Part shown: positions 37,673 to 46,094 of the stretch, piece after piece
Position numbering within the stretch: position 1 is the stretch's first letter
How the letters are laid out: each line of letters starts with the position of its first letter
IMG/VR virus record: IMGVR_UViG_3300033978_000437
From: a virus
DNA length: 64,000 nucleotides
Reading direction: 5' to 3' (one strand)
Notes under the pieces: model-generated
What the model was told of the DNA's origin: nothing
The model's input: only the letters and a program-made list of their open reading frames with translations
The model's database searches: none
Program-made: the position numbers and the translations under genes

Positions 37673-39952
37673 TTACAAAGCACAAGCACCGCCTGCGCAC
37701 GCAGTCTGCTGATGCAAATCTGTCATGTCGGATCGTTCATAGCGAACTAGTTTAGCCCAGTTGATCTTGGGCATAGCTGCAACTCTACGGTCGAACTCTT
37801 CTTGAGAAATCGCTTCATAAGGGGCTAAATGATACATACCCCCATCAAAGGGCAAGAAACTTAAGCCTCCCACAATATCCCAGTTGTCATAGACCCATTT
37901 GCCCACTTCCAACCATTCAGTAGGTCGAATGTAAATAGTGACGCTAGGATTATGCTCAGTCCAATGCACCTTGAAGGTTTTCCATTTTTCCAACTGGCTA
38001 AGAGCTGTTTGAGTTTCTAACAGCACTCCACCTTTAGGAGCCTTCATAGGAAACTCTAATACCAAGCCACTACCATCGTAATCGGTTAAGCAAGGTACAC
38101 CTTCATCTTTCAACATCTGTGCTACTGGATTAGTAGAGTTTGCCCTAACTCGCCTAACATACCATTCCCCGTGATGTCCTTTGAAACCTGCAGGCGTGTT
38201 GAAAAACACACTGCTATCCCCCGAAGGCTTAATACAAGTTGTGGCTGCAGAGACATTGATACCAAATCGTGCTGCCCATTTAGCATTAACTTCGTTGACT
38301 AAACTTAATAACTTAGCTAAAGTTCCACCAGCTTTTGCGTTGTCTTGGAATAGCGGGTGATCAAGAAAACCAAGCAAATCTACACCCAGTAACCTCTCTT
38401 CTTCACTATTCTTTTTCCATTCTTCTCCAATGTACTTAAAGCGAGTCATCGTAGATTGAAGCGTGCCCCAAATTGTAGCTAACTCCACTTTACGAGCAAT
38501 CTCTTCATAAGTGTCCGTGACACGAATAACCGCAATGGATAGGTTGCAGAACTGCTTGTGTCTCAGAATAATTTCACCGCAAGGATTCGTCCCAAAGAGG
38601 TGGCCATGGTGTTTGCGCCGTTTGGGAAACTGACTTTTCAACCCGCCTCGATTGAAGATACCACGCTCACCCGAGTTTGACTTGGCCATCGATAACCATT
38701 CTTCCATCCAAATCAATTGATCAGGTTTTTCGTTATAGACTGCAGAGTTGTTAGCCTGATTGCGTTGCTCATTGGTAGTCCAGAAATCTTGTTGCTTGCA
38801 ATCTCGCATTTCACGATCATGCAGATCTGATAAAGATATACCGCTAGCCCTACGCACCCCACCCATACGCACAATTCGATGAGCAAAACAATTAATGTCA
38901 TGAAGATCCAAGCTAGACAGATACCGTCCTTGTCTTGCTAAGATTCGAGCTTTAGAAAACTCTAACAAGTCTTTTAATGGACCTGGGCCAGAAGCTCTTC
39001 CACCTTTGATTTTAAGTGGAGCACCTGATTCTCGGATATGACTGTAATCAAAGTGGATATCTTCACCTGCCCACCATGCGTCTAACCCTGCCTTATACGC
39101 ATCACACCAACCTTCTGTGCTGTCTTCGATTACATAAGTAATAGGTTCACTATGCTTCTTTTGTCGTTTAACTCGAGGAAACTCTTCTACGCTAAACTCT
39201 TTTTCTACTGAAAATCCAACACCCGTGCCCTGCATGAGTACATAGAGTTCCTCTGCCAAATCTGTAGTATTTTGCAGCATTTGAAAAGAACAGTTGTATA
39301 CTCCGACATGACATCGTTCTAAAGCAGGTCCAGCCATCTGCACGCAACGCATGGAAGGAGCAGACTCTAACCGCAAAAGACTTTGCTTAAGCTTCCCCCA
39401 TTCTTCTTCAGTTACATTGTGGTTTTCACGCTTGCAATGTGTTTGAAAAAATCCGATAACCCGATCCACTGTTTCAGGCCAAGTCTCTCTGCGCCCTAGC
39501 TCGGGAACAAAACGAGCAAACTTGTCTAAAGCTTGGAACTTCTGCAGCTCGTTATCAAAATAAGTGTCGTTTTCTTGAAATGCAGCAACTACCGCTTCGG
39601 GCAATGGTGCGTTTTCTCGTTGCTGTCTTTTGACTTCTCGAAAGAGAATATACTGCTTGGCCACGAGGTATAACCCATTAGCCATCAATTGGGTTTCCAC
39701 TAGATTCTGAATCTCTTCCACATCTACTACTTTGTTGCTGCTGCACACAATGTTGTATACTTGCTCCCCAACTAGTTTGCTGATGCGAGCTGCCTCGCCT
39801 TCATCGTATTTTAGCTCACTTACTAAGCAACGATGTAAGGCAGTGTAGATGCGAGCTTGATCAAAGTTCACCACTTTCCCGCTTCGCTTCTTAACCGTTA
39901 AATCCACATGACTACGAGCTGAAGCATCTTTTTTAAAAGAAGTAATTTGCAC
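37673..39952 (-). CDS. nrdJ: Class II (AdoCbl-dependent) ribonucleotide reductase with N-terminal ATP cone
   Basis: VKKRSGKVVNFDQARI ATP cone; RRETWPETVDR; GTNPCGEIIL; TTCIKPSG; C-terminal CAGGACAL; GTG start with SD AGGAG. Confidence 0.9.
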   Translation of the reverse strand: MQITSFKKDASARSHVDLTVKKRSGKVVNFDQARIYTALHRCLVSELKYDEGEAARISKLVGEQVYNIVCSSNKVVDVEEIQNLVETQLMANGLYLVAKQYILFREVKRQQRENAPLPEAVVAAFQENDTYFDNELQKFQALDKFARFVPELGRRETWPETVDRVIGFFQTHCKRENHNVTEEEWGKLKQSLLRLESAPSMRCVQMAGPALERCHVGVYNCSFQMLQNTTDLAEELYVLMQGTGVGFSVEKEFSVEEFPRVKRQKKHSEPITYVIEDSTEGWCDAYKAGLDAWWAGEDIHFDYSHIRESGAPLKIKGGRASGPGPLKDLLEFSKARILARQGRYLSSLDLHDINCFAHRIVRMGGVRRASGISLSDLHDREMRDCKQQDFWTTNEQRNQANNSAVYNEKPDQLIWMEEWLSMAKSNSGERGIFNRGGLKSQFPKRRKHHGHLFGTNPCGEIILRHKQFCNLSIAVIRVTDTYEEIARKVELATIWGTLQSTMTRFKYIGEEWKKNSEEERLLGVDLLGFLDHPLFQDNAKAGGTLAKLLSLVNEVNAKWAARFGINVSAATTCIKPSGDSSVFFNTPAGFKGHHGEWYVRRVRANSTNPVAQMLKDEGVPCLTDYDGSGLVLEFPMKAPKGGVLLETQTALSQLEKWKTFKVHWTEHNPSVTIYIRPTEWLEVGKWVYDNWDIVGGLSFLPFDGGMYHLAPYEAISQEEFDRRVAAMPKINWAKLVRYERSDMTDLHQQTACAGGACAL

Positions 39953-40072
39953 ACCTATCTCCTAGATAAATTAAAAACTAATAGACTCTTGTTTAAACAT
40001 GGCCATACTATCGATACACAGCGCAAGATGCTGCGTCAACTTAAAAATTTGAACAGCTTGCAGCACCTAACT

Positions 40073-40519
40073 TTATTGTTCGTGATCGTTGTTTTTTTCT
40101 ACATAATCAGAAAAGTCAGTAGAAGGTACATCTTTGCCATTCCACATCATGCGAGAACGAGGCCCAAGCTCTCGAGAAACTTGTGCATAATCCGCTACAA
40201 TTTCTTGATCTTTGCTAATTTCTCGCTTTGCTACTAAATCAATTTGATCCTTATCTTTCTTTATGTCAACATTTGCTTTCCATTGATGGTTACAGTAACG
40301 AGCTAATTCTGTTAAATTCCAGATTTTAGACCCAAACTCATCTTCTCCGCCAGCAGTCCCAGCACTACCAATGCTCTCTCCTTCTTTGTAATCTTTATCC
40401 GCAAATATACCTTTCCCTTTTATATGGGATTCCCCTATATACCAGCCATTATGGCTAGAGGCCATTTTGTCAGTAAATCGGATAGGTACTGCTCGTAATC
40501 GCTGAAGAAACGCTTCCAT
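40073..40519 (-). CDS. SET-domain protein (putative lysine methyltransferase)
   Basis: SHIKGKGIFADKDYKEGESI (GxG), ARYCNH, AKREISKDQEIVADY; 20-aa leader ending DKMA; SD AAGGAG. Confidence 0.8.
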   Translation of the reverse strand: MEAFLQRLRAVPIRFTDKMASSHNGWYIGESHIKGKGIFADKDYKEGESIGSAGTAGGEDEFGSKIWNLTELARYCNHQWKANVDIKKDKDQIDLVAKREISKDQEIVADYAQVSRELGPRSRMMWNGKDVPSTDFSDYVEKNNDHEQ

Positions 40520-40531
40520 GATAACTCCTTA

Positions 40532-40560
40532 TTGACTTGCTTGCATAAAATAAGTATGGT
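40532..40560 (+). promoter_or_regulatory. Sigma70-type promoter for csrA
   Basis: TTGACT-N17-TATGGT, 43 bp upstream of the ATG. Confidence 0.55.
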
Positions 40561-40603
40561 GATCGAATTCCAAGCATTTTAACTTCAAGGAAGGACGATT
40601 CAA

Positions 40604-40816
40604 ATGCTAGTATTAAGTCGAAGAAAAGGCGAGAGCATTAAGATCAGTGATAACATCACTATCACCATAGTGGACATTCGTGGGGATAAAATTCAAATAG
40701 GAATAGAAGCTCCTCGTGAAGTTGCCGTACACCGTAGCGAAATAGCGAAGTTAATTGAAAATAAACTCAAGGCAGAGTCCAACTTGGAAGCTCCTGAGAA
40801 TCCTTCTGCTTCGTAG
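40604..40816 (+). CDS. csrA: CsrA/RsmA translational regulator
   Basis: MLVLSRRKGESIKISDNITITIVDIRGDKIQIGIEAPREVAVHRSEI matches the family pattern. Confidence 0.92.
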   Translation: MLVLSRRKGESIKISDNITITIVDIRGDKIQIGIEAPREVAVHRSEIAKLIENKLKAESNLEAPENPSAS

Positions 40817-41351
40817 ATTTACTCGTAGCATTGGCAGTGAGTACCCCAGTTTTACGCACTGCCACTATTATGGAAAAATCAGAATCACCTTCAACTTTGG
40901 TAGGTAACCCGTAGCTACGGCGTAACTTACCTAGTTCTGGCGATTTGATTCGCATGTGCCAGCAAGTAGAAACACCGGGCCAACCTTTGGCAGATGTTTC
41001 TTCAAGCCCATCAAGGTAATAGCTAAAAGCTTTACCTCGCTCGCTTATCTTCTCAGTACCACCTATTTGCTTTAATTCTTCGGGGGTCATAACCACGATA
41101 CCTGCACGCAAAGCCCCGCCATCTACAGAAGTGGGTAAAGAAATACCAGGTTCGTGCATTGCGTCGAAAATACCACGGACTAATGCAGTAGGTATGCCAA
41201 CTATCAAGTAACTAGGAGCTGCACATTTTGAATTAGTGATTTGAAGCAAACCCGTCATTTTAACTTCCGCCCATTTCTCGGGCATTTGCAAAACATCATA
41301 GAGCAATAAATGCCGATAATCTGGAATATCAGCTGTAGAGATCAGACTCAT
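40767..41351 (-). CDS. 2H-phosphoesterase-like protein lacking both His motifs
   Basis: Overall pattern resembles phage 2H proteins but LRAGIVVM and DFSIIVA occupy the expected HxT/S positions; SD AGGGAG. Confidence 0.45.
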   Translation of the reverse strand: MSLISTADIPDYRHLLLYDVLQMPEKWAEVKMTGLLQITNSKCAAPSYLIVGIPTALVRGIFDAMHEPGISLPTSVDGGALRAGIVVMTPEELKQIGGTEKISERGKAFSYYLDGLEETSAKGWPGVSTCWHMRIKSPELGKLRRSYGLPTKVEGDSDFSIIVAVRKTGVLTANATSKSTKQKDSQELPSWTLP

Positions 41352-41366
41352 AAAAACTCCCTTAAC

Positions 41367-41720
41367 CTATTTCATAATTGCGGCATAAACTGAAAATGAA
41401 GAAAGCAACACAGTAAGAATCATGCCAGACAAACCTACAACTAACTGTGTTCTAGTGAGCATGCGAGAAGCGGTCATAGAATTGGCATATTGGCTAATTT
41501 GTTCTAAGTCTTTAATCTGACCTTCTAATACTGTCTCTACTTGAGCTAACCGCTGCATAATAGACGGCTGACCATTACCATCTCGTACCAACTTACACAG
41601 GATATGAATGTCCTGACTCATATGATCCACTTTAGCTTCAACTGATGCCACTTGTTGTATTAATCTTTCTTGAGTTAATGCTAAGGCGTGATATTGAGTA
41701 GTTGTCATGCTTCTCGGCAT
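41367..41720 (-). CDS. Coiled-coil protein with C-terminal TM helix (holin/XhlA-like architecture)
   Basis: RDGNGQPSIMQRLAQVE coiled coil; TM LVVGLSGMILTVLLSSFSVYAAIM. Confidence 0.5.
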   Translation of the reverse strand: MPRSMTTTQYHALALTQERLIQQVASVEAKVDHMSQDIHILCKLVRDGNGQPSIMQRLAQVETVLEGQIKDLEQISQYANSMTASRMLTRTQLVVGLSGMILTVLLSSFSVYAAIMK

Positions 41721-41734
41721 CCTTGTAAGAGAAG

Positions 41735-41931
41735 AGAAATAGCTAAGTGGCCCCTTGAGATCCCCTTCCTCAAGTCCAGTGCGGAAGCGTTCCGCTGGTA
41801 ACAGTCATAAGGTGCGACTGGAACTCCACCAGCTGGCTGTTTTTCACTTGCCCAGCAATCCTAATGCAAATTGCGGCTATCCTAGCTGCGCTGCATTTCC
41901 TAACCTATCGGCACCTGCGATAAAGCCACTT
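41735..41931 (-). ncRNA. Candidate ~190-nt multi-hairpin small RNA, GGA-rich (CsrB/RsmZ-like?)
   Basis: Predicted +1 at 41931 is the first base of AAGUGGC, which pairs with GCCACUU (41745-41751); six internal hairpins; 8 GGA; pyrimidine tail. Confidence 0.6.
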
Positions 41932-41937
41932 GGGCTG

Positions 41938-41967
41938 ATTATACCTCTTAAGTAGAGGCAACAGCAA
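41938..41967 (-). promoter_or_regulatory. Sigma70-type promoter for the candidate sRNA
   Basis: TTGCTG-N18-TATAAT. Confidence 0.65.
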
Positions 41968-41986
41968 GAGTAGGAAATTTGTTAGG

Positions 41987-42712
41987 TTAGCTGGCATCTT
42001 TTTTATCCCATAGCCTTTTTAAAAGTTCCCACAAATCGGATTGTAAGTTCTCTTCCTTGTTCTCTACCATCCACTTTTCTACTTCCTTAGCTGTCTCCAT
42101 CATTCGGTCTAAACGCAAGGCACCTATACTGCGAAGCTCTGACACCAAGGTAAGCAGTAACACCCCAGCAGAAGCCGGCACATAGTCTTCTGTTTTACCT
42201 TTTTTAATCTTTATCTCGTCCTCATCCGCTTTGAAGGAATCTTCAACTGGAAGGTAAGCATCGTCATCAAAGATGATTTCTTCGTCATCATCGTCGTCTT
42301 CTTCGTCGCTACCTTCAACCCCTTCCCTACCTTTGTGCCCTTCGTAATTATGGCACTCCTTGTAGTTCTCCTTGTAGTTCTCCTTATATGTATTATCTGT
42401 AGCCAGTTTGCTTTCCAACGAAGAAAAGAAATCAAGCAGATTTTCCGGTCCTATTAGCTTTACTAGTTCTTCTGCATTGTCTGTATACACATAGCAGCAG
42501 GCAATTTCAGCGTGGGTTACGGAATCAGAGTTTTGGCTTAAAGGTAATAAAGTCGTGTACACGAGGCAAGGATAGGATTCTGGGCTTTTAGGTAACTGTA
42601 TCGACAACGAACTGCCATCTGCAGCCATATTCAATTCAGTTATCATATCTTTCTGATAATGCTGCCACTCTTCTTTATTATGAAGCATAACCGCTTTTTT
42701 AAACTTACTCAT
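41987..42712 (-). CDS. Acidic hypothetical protein
   Basis: 241 aa; YKEN x3 micro-repeat and poly-D/E tract; SD AAGGA. Confidence 0.6.
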   Translation of the reverse strand: MSKFKKAVMLHNKEEWQHYQKDMITELNMAADGSSLSIQLPKSPESYPCLVYTTLLPLSQNSDSVTHAEIACCYVYTDNAEELVKLIGPENLLDFFSSLESKLATDNTYKENYKENYKECHNYEGHKGREGVEGSDEEDDDDDEEIIFDDDAYLPVEDSFKADEDEIKIKKGKTEDYVPASAGVLLLTLVSELRSIGALRLDRMMETAKEVEKWMVENKEENLQSDLWELLKRLWDKKDAS

Positions 42713-42730
42713 GTAGGTCCTTTCTTTGGT

Positions 42731-42940
42731 TTAACCTTCCGTCCACCCCTGTTTGTAGCCCCACAATCCCACCTCTAACTTAGAGGAAAGATTTAGTTTT
42801 TTACGGATACGTTTAACATAAGTCTTAATTGTTTCATAGCCAAGATTAAGCTTTACTGCAATGTCTTTGTACTTTAAGTTTTTACTGATTAGTATGACTA
42901 TTTCCCGTTCTCGTGCCGTCAACCCTTTGTCTTGCTGCAT
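42731..42940 (-). CDS. Stand-alone LuxR/GerE-type HTH DNA-binding protein
   Basis: LTAREREIVILISKNLKYKDIAVKLNLGYETIKTYVKRIRKKLNL. Confidence 0.88.
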   Translation of the reverse strand: MQQDKGLTAREREIVILISKNLKYKDIAVKLNLGYETIKTYVKRIRKKLNLSSKLEVGLWGYKQGWTEG

Positions 42941-42961
42941 GTTTTTACCTTACTATCCTAA

Positions 42962-43738
42962 TTAAAATAAAGTGGTACTATCCATGTATTCGAGCACATC
43001 ATGAGGCGCCGCACTTTTCAGCTCGGTCCAATTCATCACTCGACTGCGAACATCCCTACGCTGTACTCGTTTTTGGTTGGGCAAACATGCTGGGCTAAAC
43101 TTTAACTCCAAAAACTCTAACAGATTCTCTAAGACACCTCGAAAGTCTAAAAGTAACTCATGATAGGGAATAACAGCTCGGTCTGGGCAAAGCCTATTAA
43201 CTTTAGACATAGCTGCAGTGTGGTCCCGCACAAATTGCGTTAGTTCTGCAGGTTCAATGCAAATTGCAGGTAAGCGGTCACTACTACTAATTTCCACATT
43301 ACCCTCCCTTTGCTGCTGCTGTTTCCACGCAACATAACAAGCAATAGGATTACGCACAACATGCACTAAACAGAAATCGCCACGGCGACAACGCTGGTCC
43401 GTATAATCCCACAAATCGTAATGGCGTAAGTGTTCGTAATTGACCTTTACCCCGACGGCCTTTTCGCCATGCAGTATGTTGTCAAAAATCTTGTTATTGA
43501 AGTATTGTTCAACGCTTAGATGGGTGGGATCAAAATGGTCAATGATTTTACCAGTAGTCCCAAAGTACATGGAATGTTCGACTTTTCTAACCTTGTCATC
43601 ATCGTGAAGCAGATCGCCATGACAAACTATGTCAGGGTGTGCAGCTAAAGAAGACTGTAATAAACCATACCCCGAATGCCGATTTCCGATCACCATAAAA
43701 TTAAGAATTTCTGCGTTTTCTCGGTTGTACCAAGCCAT
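42962..43738 (-). CDS. Sulfotransferase-like protein (Stf0-type), PAPS loop diverged
   Basis: FMVIGNRHSGYGLLQSSLAAHPDIVCHGDLL; VHVVRNPIACYVAW; IPYHELLLDF. Confidence 0.7.
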   Translation of the reverse strand: MAWYNRENAEILNFMVIGNRHSGYGLLQSSLAAHPDIVCHGDLLHDDDKVRKVEHSMYFGTTGKIIDHFDPTHLSVEQYFNNKIFDNILHGEKAVGVKVNYEHLRHYDLWDYTDQRCRRGDFCLVHVVRNPIACYVAWKQQQQREGNVEISSSDRLPAICIEPAELTQFVRDHTAAMSKVNRLCPDRAVIPYHELLLDFRGVLENLLEFLELKFSPACLPNQKRVQRRDVRSRVMNWTELKSAAPHDVLEYMDSTTLF

Positions 43739-43817
43739 AAACCCTCCGTGGATTTTACATTGATCATCCTAAAGCAGATGGGTTTGTACCCACTTAAGGG
43801 GACACAGTCAACTAAAT

Positions 43818-44168
43818 TTAATCAATTATTTTTGAGACATACGCTCGCCAGACCCGAGCATAGCACTTACCCCAGCTGCTACGATGGGGCTCTCCAGTTA
43901 CCCCATGTGCTACTTGGTCTAATGCGTGTGCCCACTCATGAAGAAGGGTATCAATAGCCGTAACTGGGGCTAAATTACTGTCTACTTCAATGACAAAACG
44001 AGTTACTTTGCCATTATCATCCAAATAAGCTATGCAGCATCCGCATAGCTTTTCTCTGTTTAGATCTTTACTAATTACTTTGATAGGGCGGGCTATTTTG
44101 CATTCTTTGCGTAACATGCGTAAGACCGCACGAAACTTTGCACCTTGTCCATCTGTTCGCTCAGCCAT
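43818..44168 (-). CDS. SprT-like zinc metallopeptidase
   Basis: DTLLHEWAH (HExxH) and HRSSW; ATG 44168 with SD AAGGAGG. Confidence 0.6.
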   Translation of the reverse strand: MAERTDGQGAKFRAVLRMLRKECKIARPIKVISKDLNREKLCGCCIAYLDDNGKVTRFVIEVDSNLAPVTAIDTLLHEWAHALDQVAHGVTGEPHRSSWGKCYARVWRAYVSKIID

Positions 44169-44203
44169 GTCACCCTCCTTGGCACTTTGGCATAAAACAA
44201 CAG

Positions 44204-44620
44204 TTACTTCCACGGATGTAGTTGGCGGTAAGCCTTCACCTCTTCCTGACACTTTTTGTTAGTGATTGTCCAGTTACCCGAATGACCTAGAAAAAAATGA
44301 TGCTTGCGACATAAGGTAATTAAATTATCCGGATCCAGCTCCAACTCGGGATTGTTTTTAAAACTAAAAATATGATGCACATTGAGGTTTTGCGAGCTAC
44401 CGCAAGCTTCACAGCAAGGGTGCGCCTTGATAAATCGCTGGCGCACCGCAGGCCACTTCCCCGAGCGAGGGCCCTCGAATACCGCATGGTCATGCGATAC
44501 CATCTCAGCTTGTTGTTCAACTGGCTCTAGCGGAATTTCCAGTTCATAGAGGGTGGGGAAATTCCCCCACCCCAATAAACAGCCGAAAAACAACAAAAGT
44601 ACTAACCAAAAGAACTTCAT
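44204..44620 (-). CDS. HNH endonuclease with hydrophobic N-terminus
   Basis: CEACG...NVHHIF...DPDNLITLCRKHHFFLGH; N-terminal MKFFWLVLLLFFGCLLGWG. Confidence 0.8.
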   Translation of the reverse strand: MKFFWLVLLLFFGCLLGWGNFPTLYELEIPLEPVEQQAEMVSHDHAVFEGPRSGKWPAVRQRFIKAHPCCEACGSSQNLNVHHIFSFKNNPELELDPDNLITLCRKHHFFLGHSGNWTITNKKCQEEVKAYRQLHPWK

Positions 44621-45991
44621 TTACTTGCCCTTCTGGGGAAAACCCACACCCGTGGGCTTCCCCGTGTAACTATTGAGGTTTACCTGCAATCTTGCTACTG
44701 GGCCAGTATCGTGATCCCATACAAAGGCCATAGCACCCCGTTGCTGCCAGTTAAATCCTTTTAATCGATGCCAAGCATTAGGAGGAGTTAAAGCGGGTAA
44801 ATACTCAACGCCAACCCCTTGCTCCTCCATTACTACAGGACTTCCAGTTCCTTTGCGGTGCTGGTCTCCTAAATGCCACTCCCTAAAGCTAGTGTCTGCC
44901 CAGTGCTCACGGCATTCGTGTGCCATCAAGGCAGCCAATCGAATGGACTTAATATGATGCCCATGATCAAACCCAATCAAGTTAGTACCGAAACGATAAA
45001 ACTTATAAGGGCTTGGAGTTACATCTACTGTAACATTATCGTCGTTGCGATAGTAGGCTTTTAACACCTGTCCTAGGCTAAACGAAGCTTGCTGGTCGTG
45101 ATTACCAGAAACTTGAATTACCCTAACCGGAGCTAGTGCCGTAAGCTTGTCCACCATGGTAACTGCAAGCTTAATTGCATTCTCGTACACATGCTGGAAG
45201 GACAGACCTTCTGGCTGAAGTGTTCCCCTCGTGGTGGTGTGCATTGCGTTATCATGGTGGAGGAAGTCATTCCCAAAAGGAAAGACAATCTCTTCAAACT
45301 TACCATACAAGTGGGCTTGGGCTAGCAGCGAGTCAATTGCCCACAGACACATGCGACTGCATTCCTCTAAGCTCCAATTGTGATCGCTTTCACCCTTGTA
45401 GCATTGCATGCCATAGTGCGGATCCATGATCGATACTTCAAGGGCACGACGAGCTTTCTGCTTCTTGTCTTTAGGATATTTAATCTTCAGCGTAATAGGC
45501 GAGTTATCTTCTAGCTGCTGAAGCACACGATCTACCGCCACTCTTTCATCTCGCTTACGCCTTAGCTGTACCTTAATCTGCTTTAGCCCAGTCTTCCAGA
45601 TCCCGCTGGTGGGCTTAGCCCCTGCAACTTCCCAGTTGTTGACGGTGATGCGTTCCACCTCATACAACTCCATGTCAATTCCGGATTTTAAAAGAAGTTC
45701 TTCTGCAGTGTTAATCTGGTCGCCCACGTAATCAACTTCAGTAAATTGACCTCGTTCATTGATAGTTAGTTTTTCTTTGGCAGACTTTGCAATATTCTGA
45801 CCAGGCTTTGGCTTTATGCTGGTCATTGCCCGCATGCGTTCCATTAGCCCAGCTTTTTTAAGCCTTGCACCAACAGTGGAACGATAAGGTATACCTAGTG
45901 CTGTGGCTGTTTTAGCCAAGCTACCACCACAGCTTATTGCCGTATCAAAGATAACTTGAATGGGAATATCATACTTAGGCTTAACTGGCAT
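44621..45991 (-). CDS. Calcineurin-like metallophosphoesterase with N-terminal HTH-like segment
   Basis: IMDPHYG, FGNDFLHHD, VSGNHD, GFDHGH, WHLGDQH; SD GGAGG. Confidence 0.8.
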   Translation of the reverse strand: MPVKPKYDIPIQVIFDTAISCGGSLAKTATALGIPYRSTVGARLKKAGLMERMRAMTSIKPKPGQNIAKSAKEKLTINERGQFTEVDYVGDQINTAEELLLKSGIDMELYEVERITVNNWEVAGAKPTSGIWKTGLKQIKVQLRRKRDERVAVDRVLQQLEDNSPITLKIKYPKDKKQKARRALEVSIMDPHYGMQCYKGESDHNWSLEECSRMCLWAIDSLLAQAHLYGKFEEIVFPFGNDFLHHDNAMHTTTRGTLQPEGLSFQHVYENAIKLAVTMVDKLTALAPVRVIQVSGNHDQQASFSLGQVLKAYYRNDDNVTVDVTPSPYKFYRFGTNLIGFDHGHHIKSIRLAALMAHECREHWADTSFREWHLGDQHRKGTGSPVVMEEQGVGVEYLPALTPPNAWHRLKGFNWQQRGAMAFVWDHDTGPVARLQVNLNSYTGKPTGVGFPQKGK

Positions 45992-46057
45992 ACAGAGTCC
46001 TCCATGACATTGCGATGCTAGTGAAATTTAGCAAACAGAGCTTATTTGACTTTAAAG

Positions 46058-46086
46058 AGCGTATGCCGCTTATGTAAATGAATCAA
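46058..46086 (-). promoter_or_regulatory. Possible sigma70-type promoter for the phosphoesterase operon
   Basis: TTGATT-N17-TACGCT. Confidence 0.3.
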
Positions 46087-46094
46087 GACATGAT

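Noticed and set aside
23946-39952. Inteins or introns in RNAP or RNR
   Set aside because: Conserved motifs are contiguous; no intein termini or LAGLIDADG insert seen
39953-40072. Cobalamin riboswitch or promoter upstream of nrdJ
   Set aside because: Gap is only 120 bp with no B12-box motifs; TTGACG-N17-TATCGA has a poor -10
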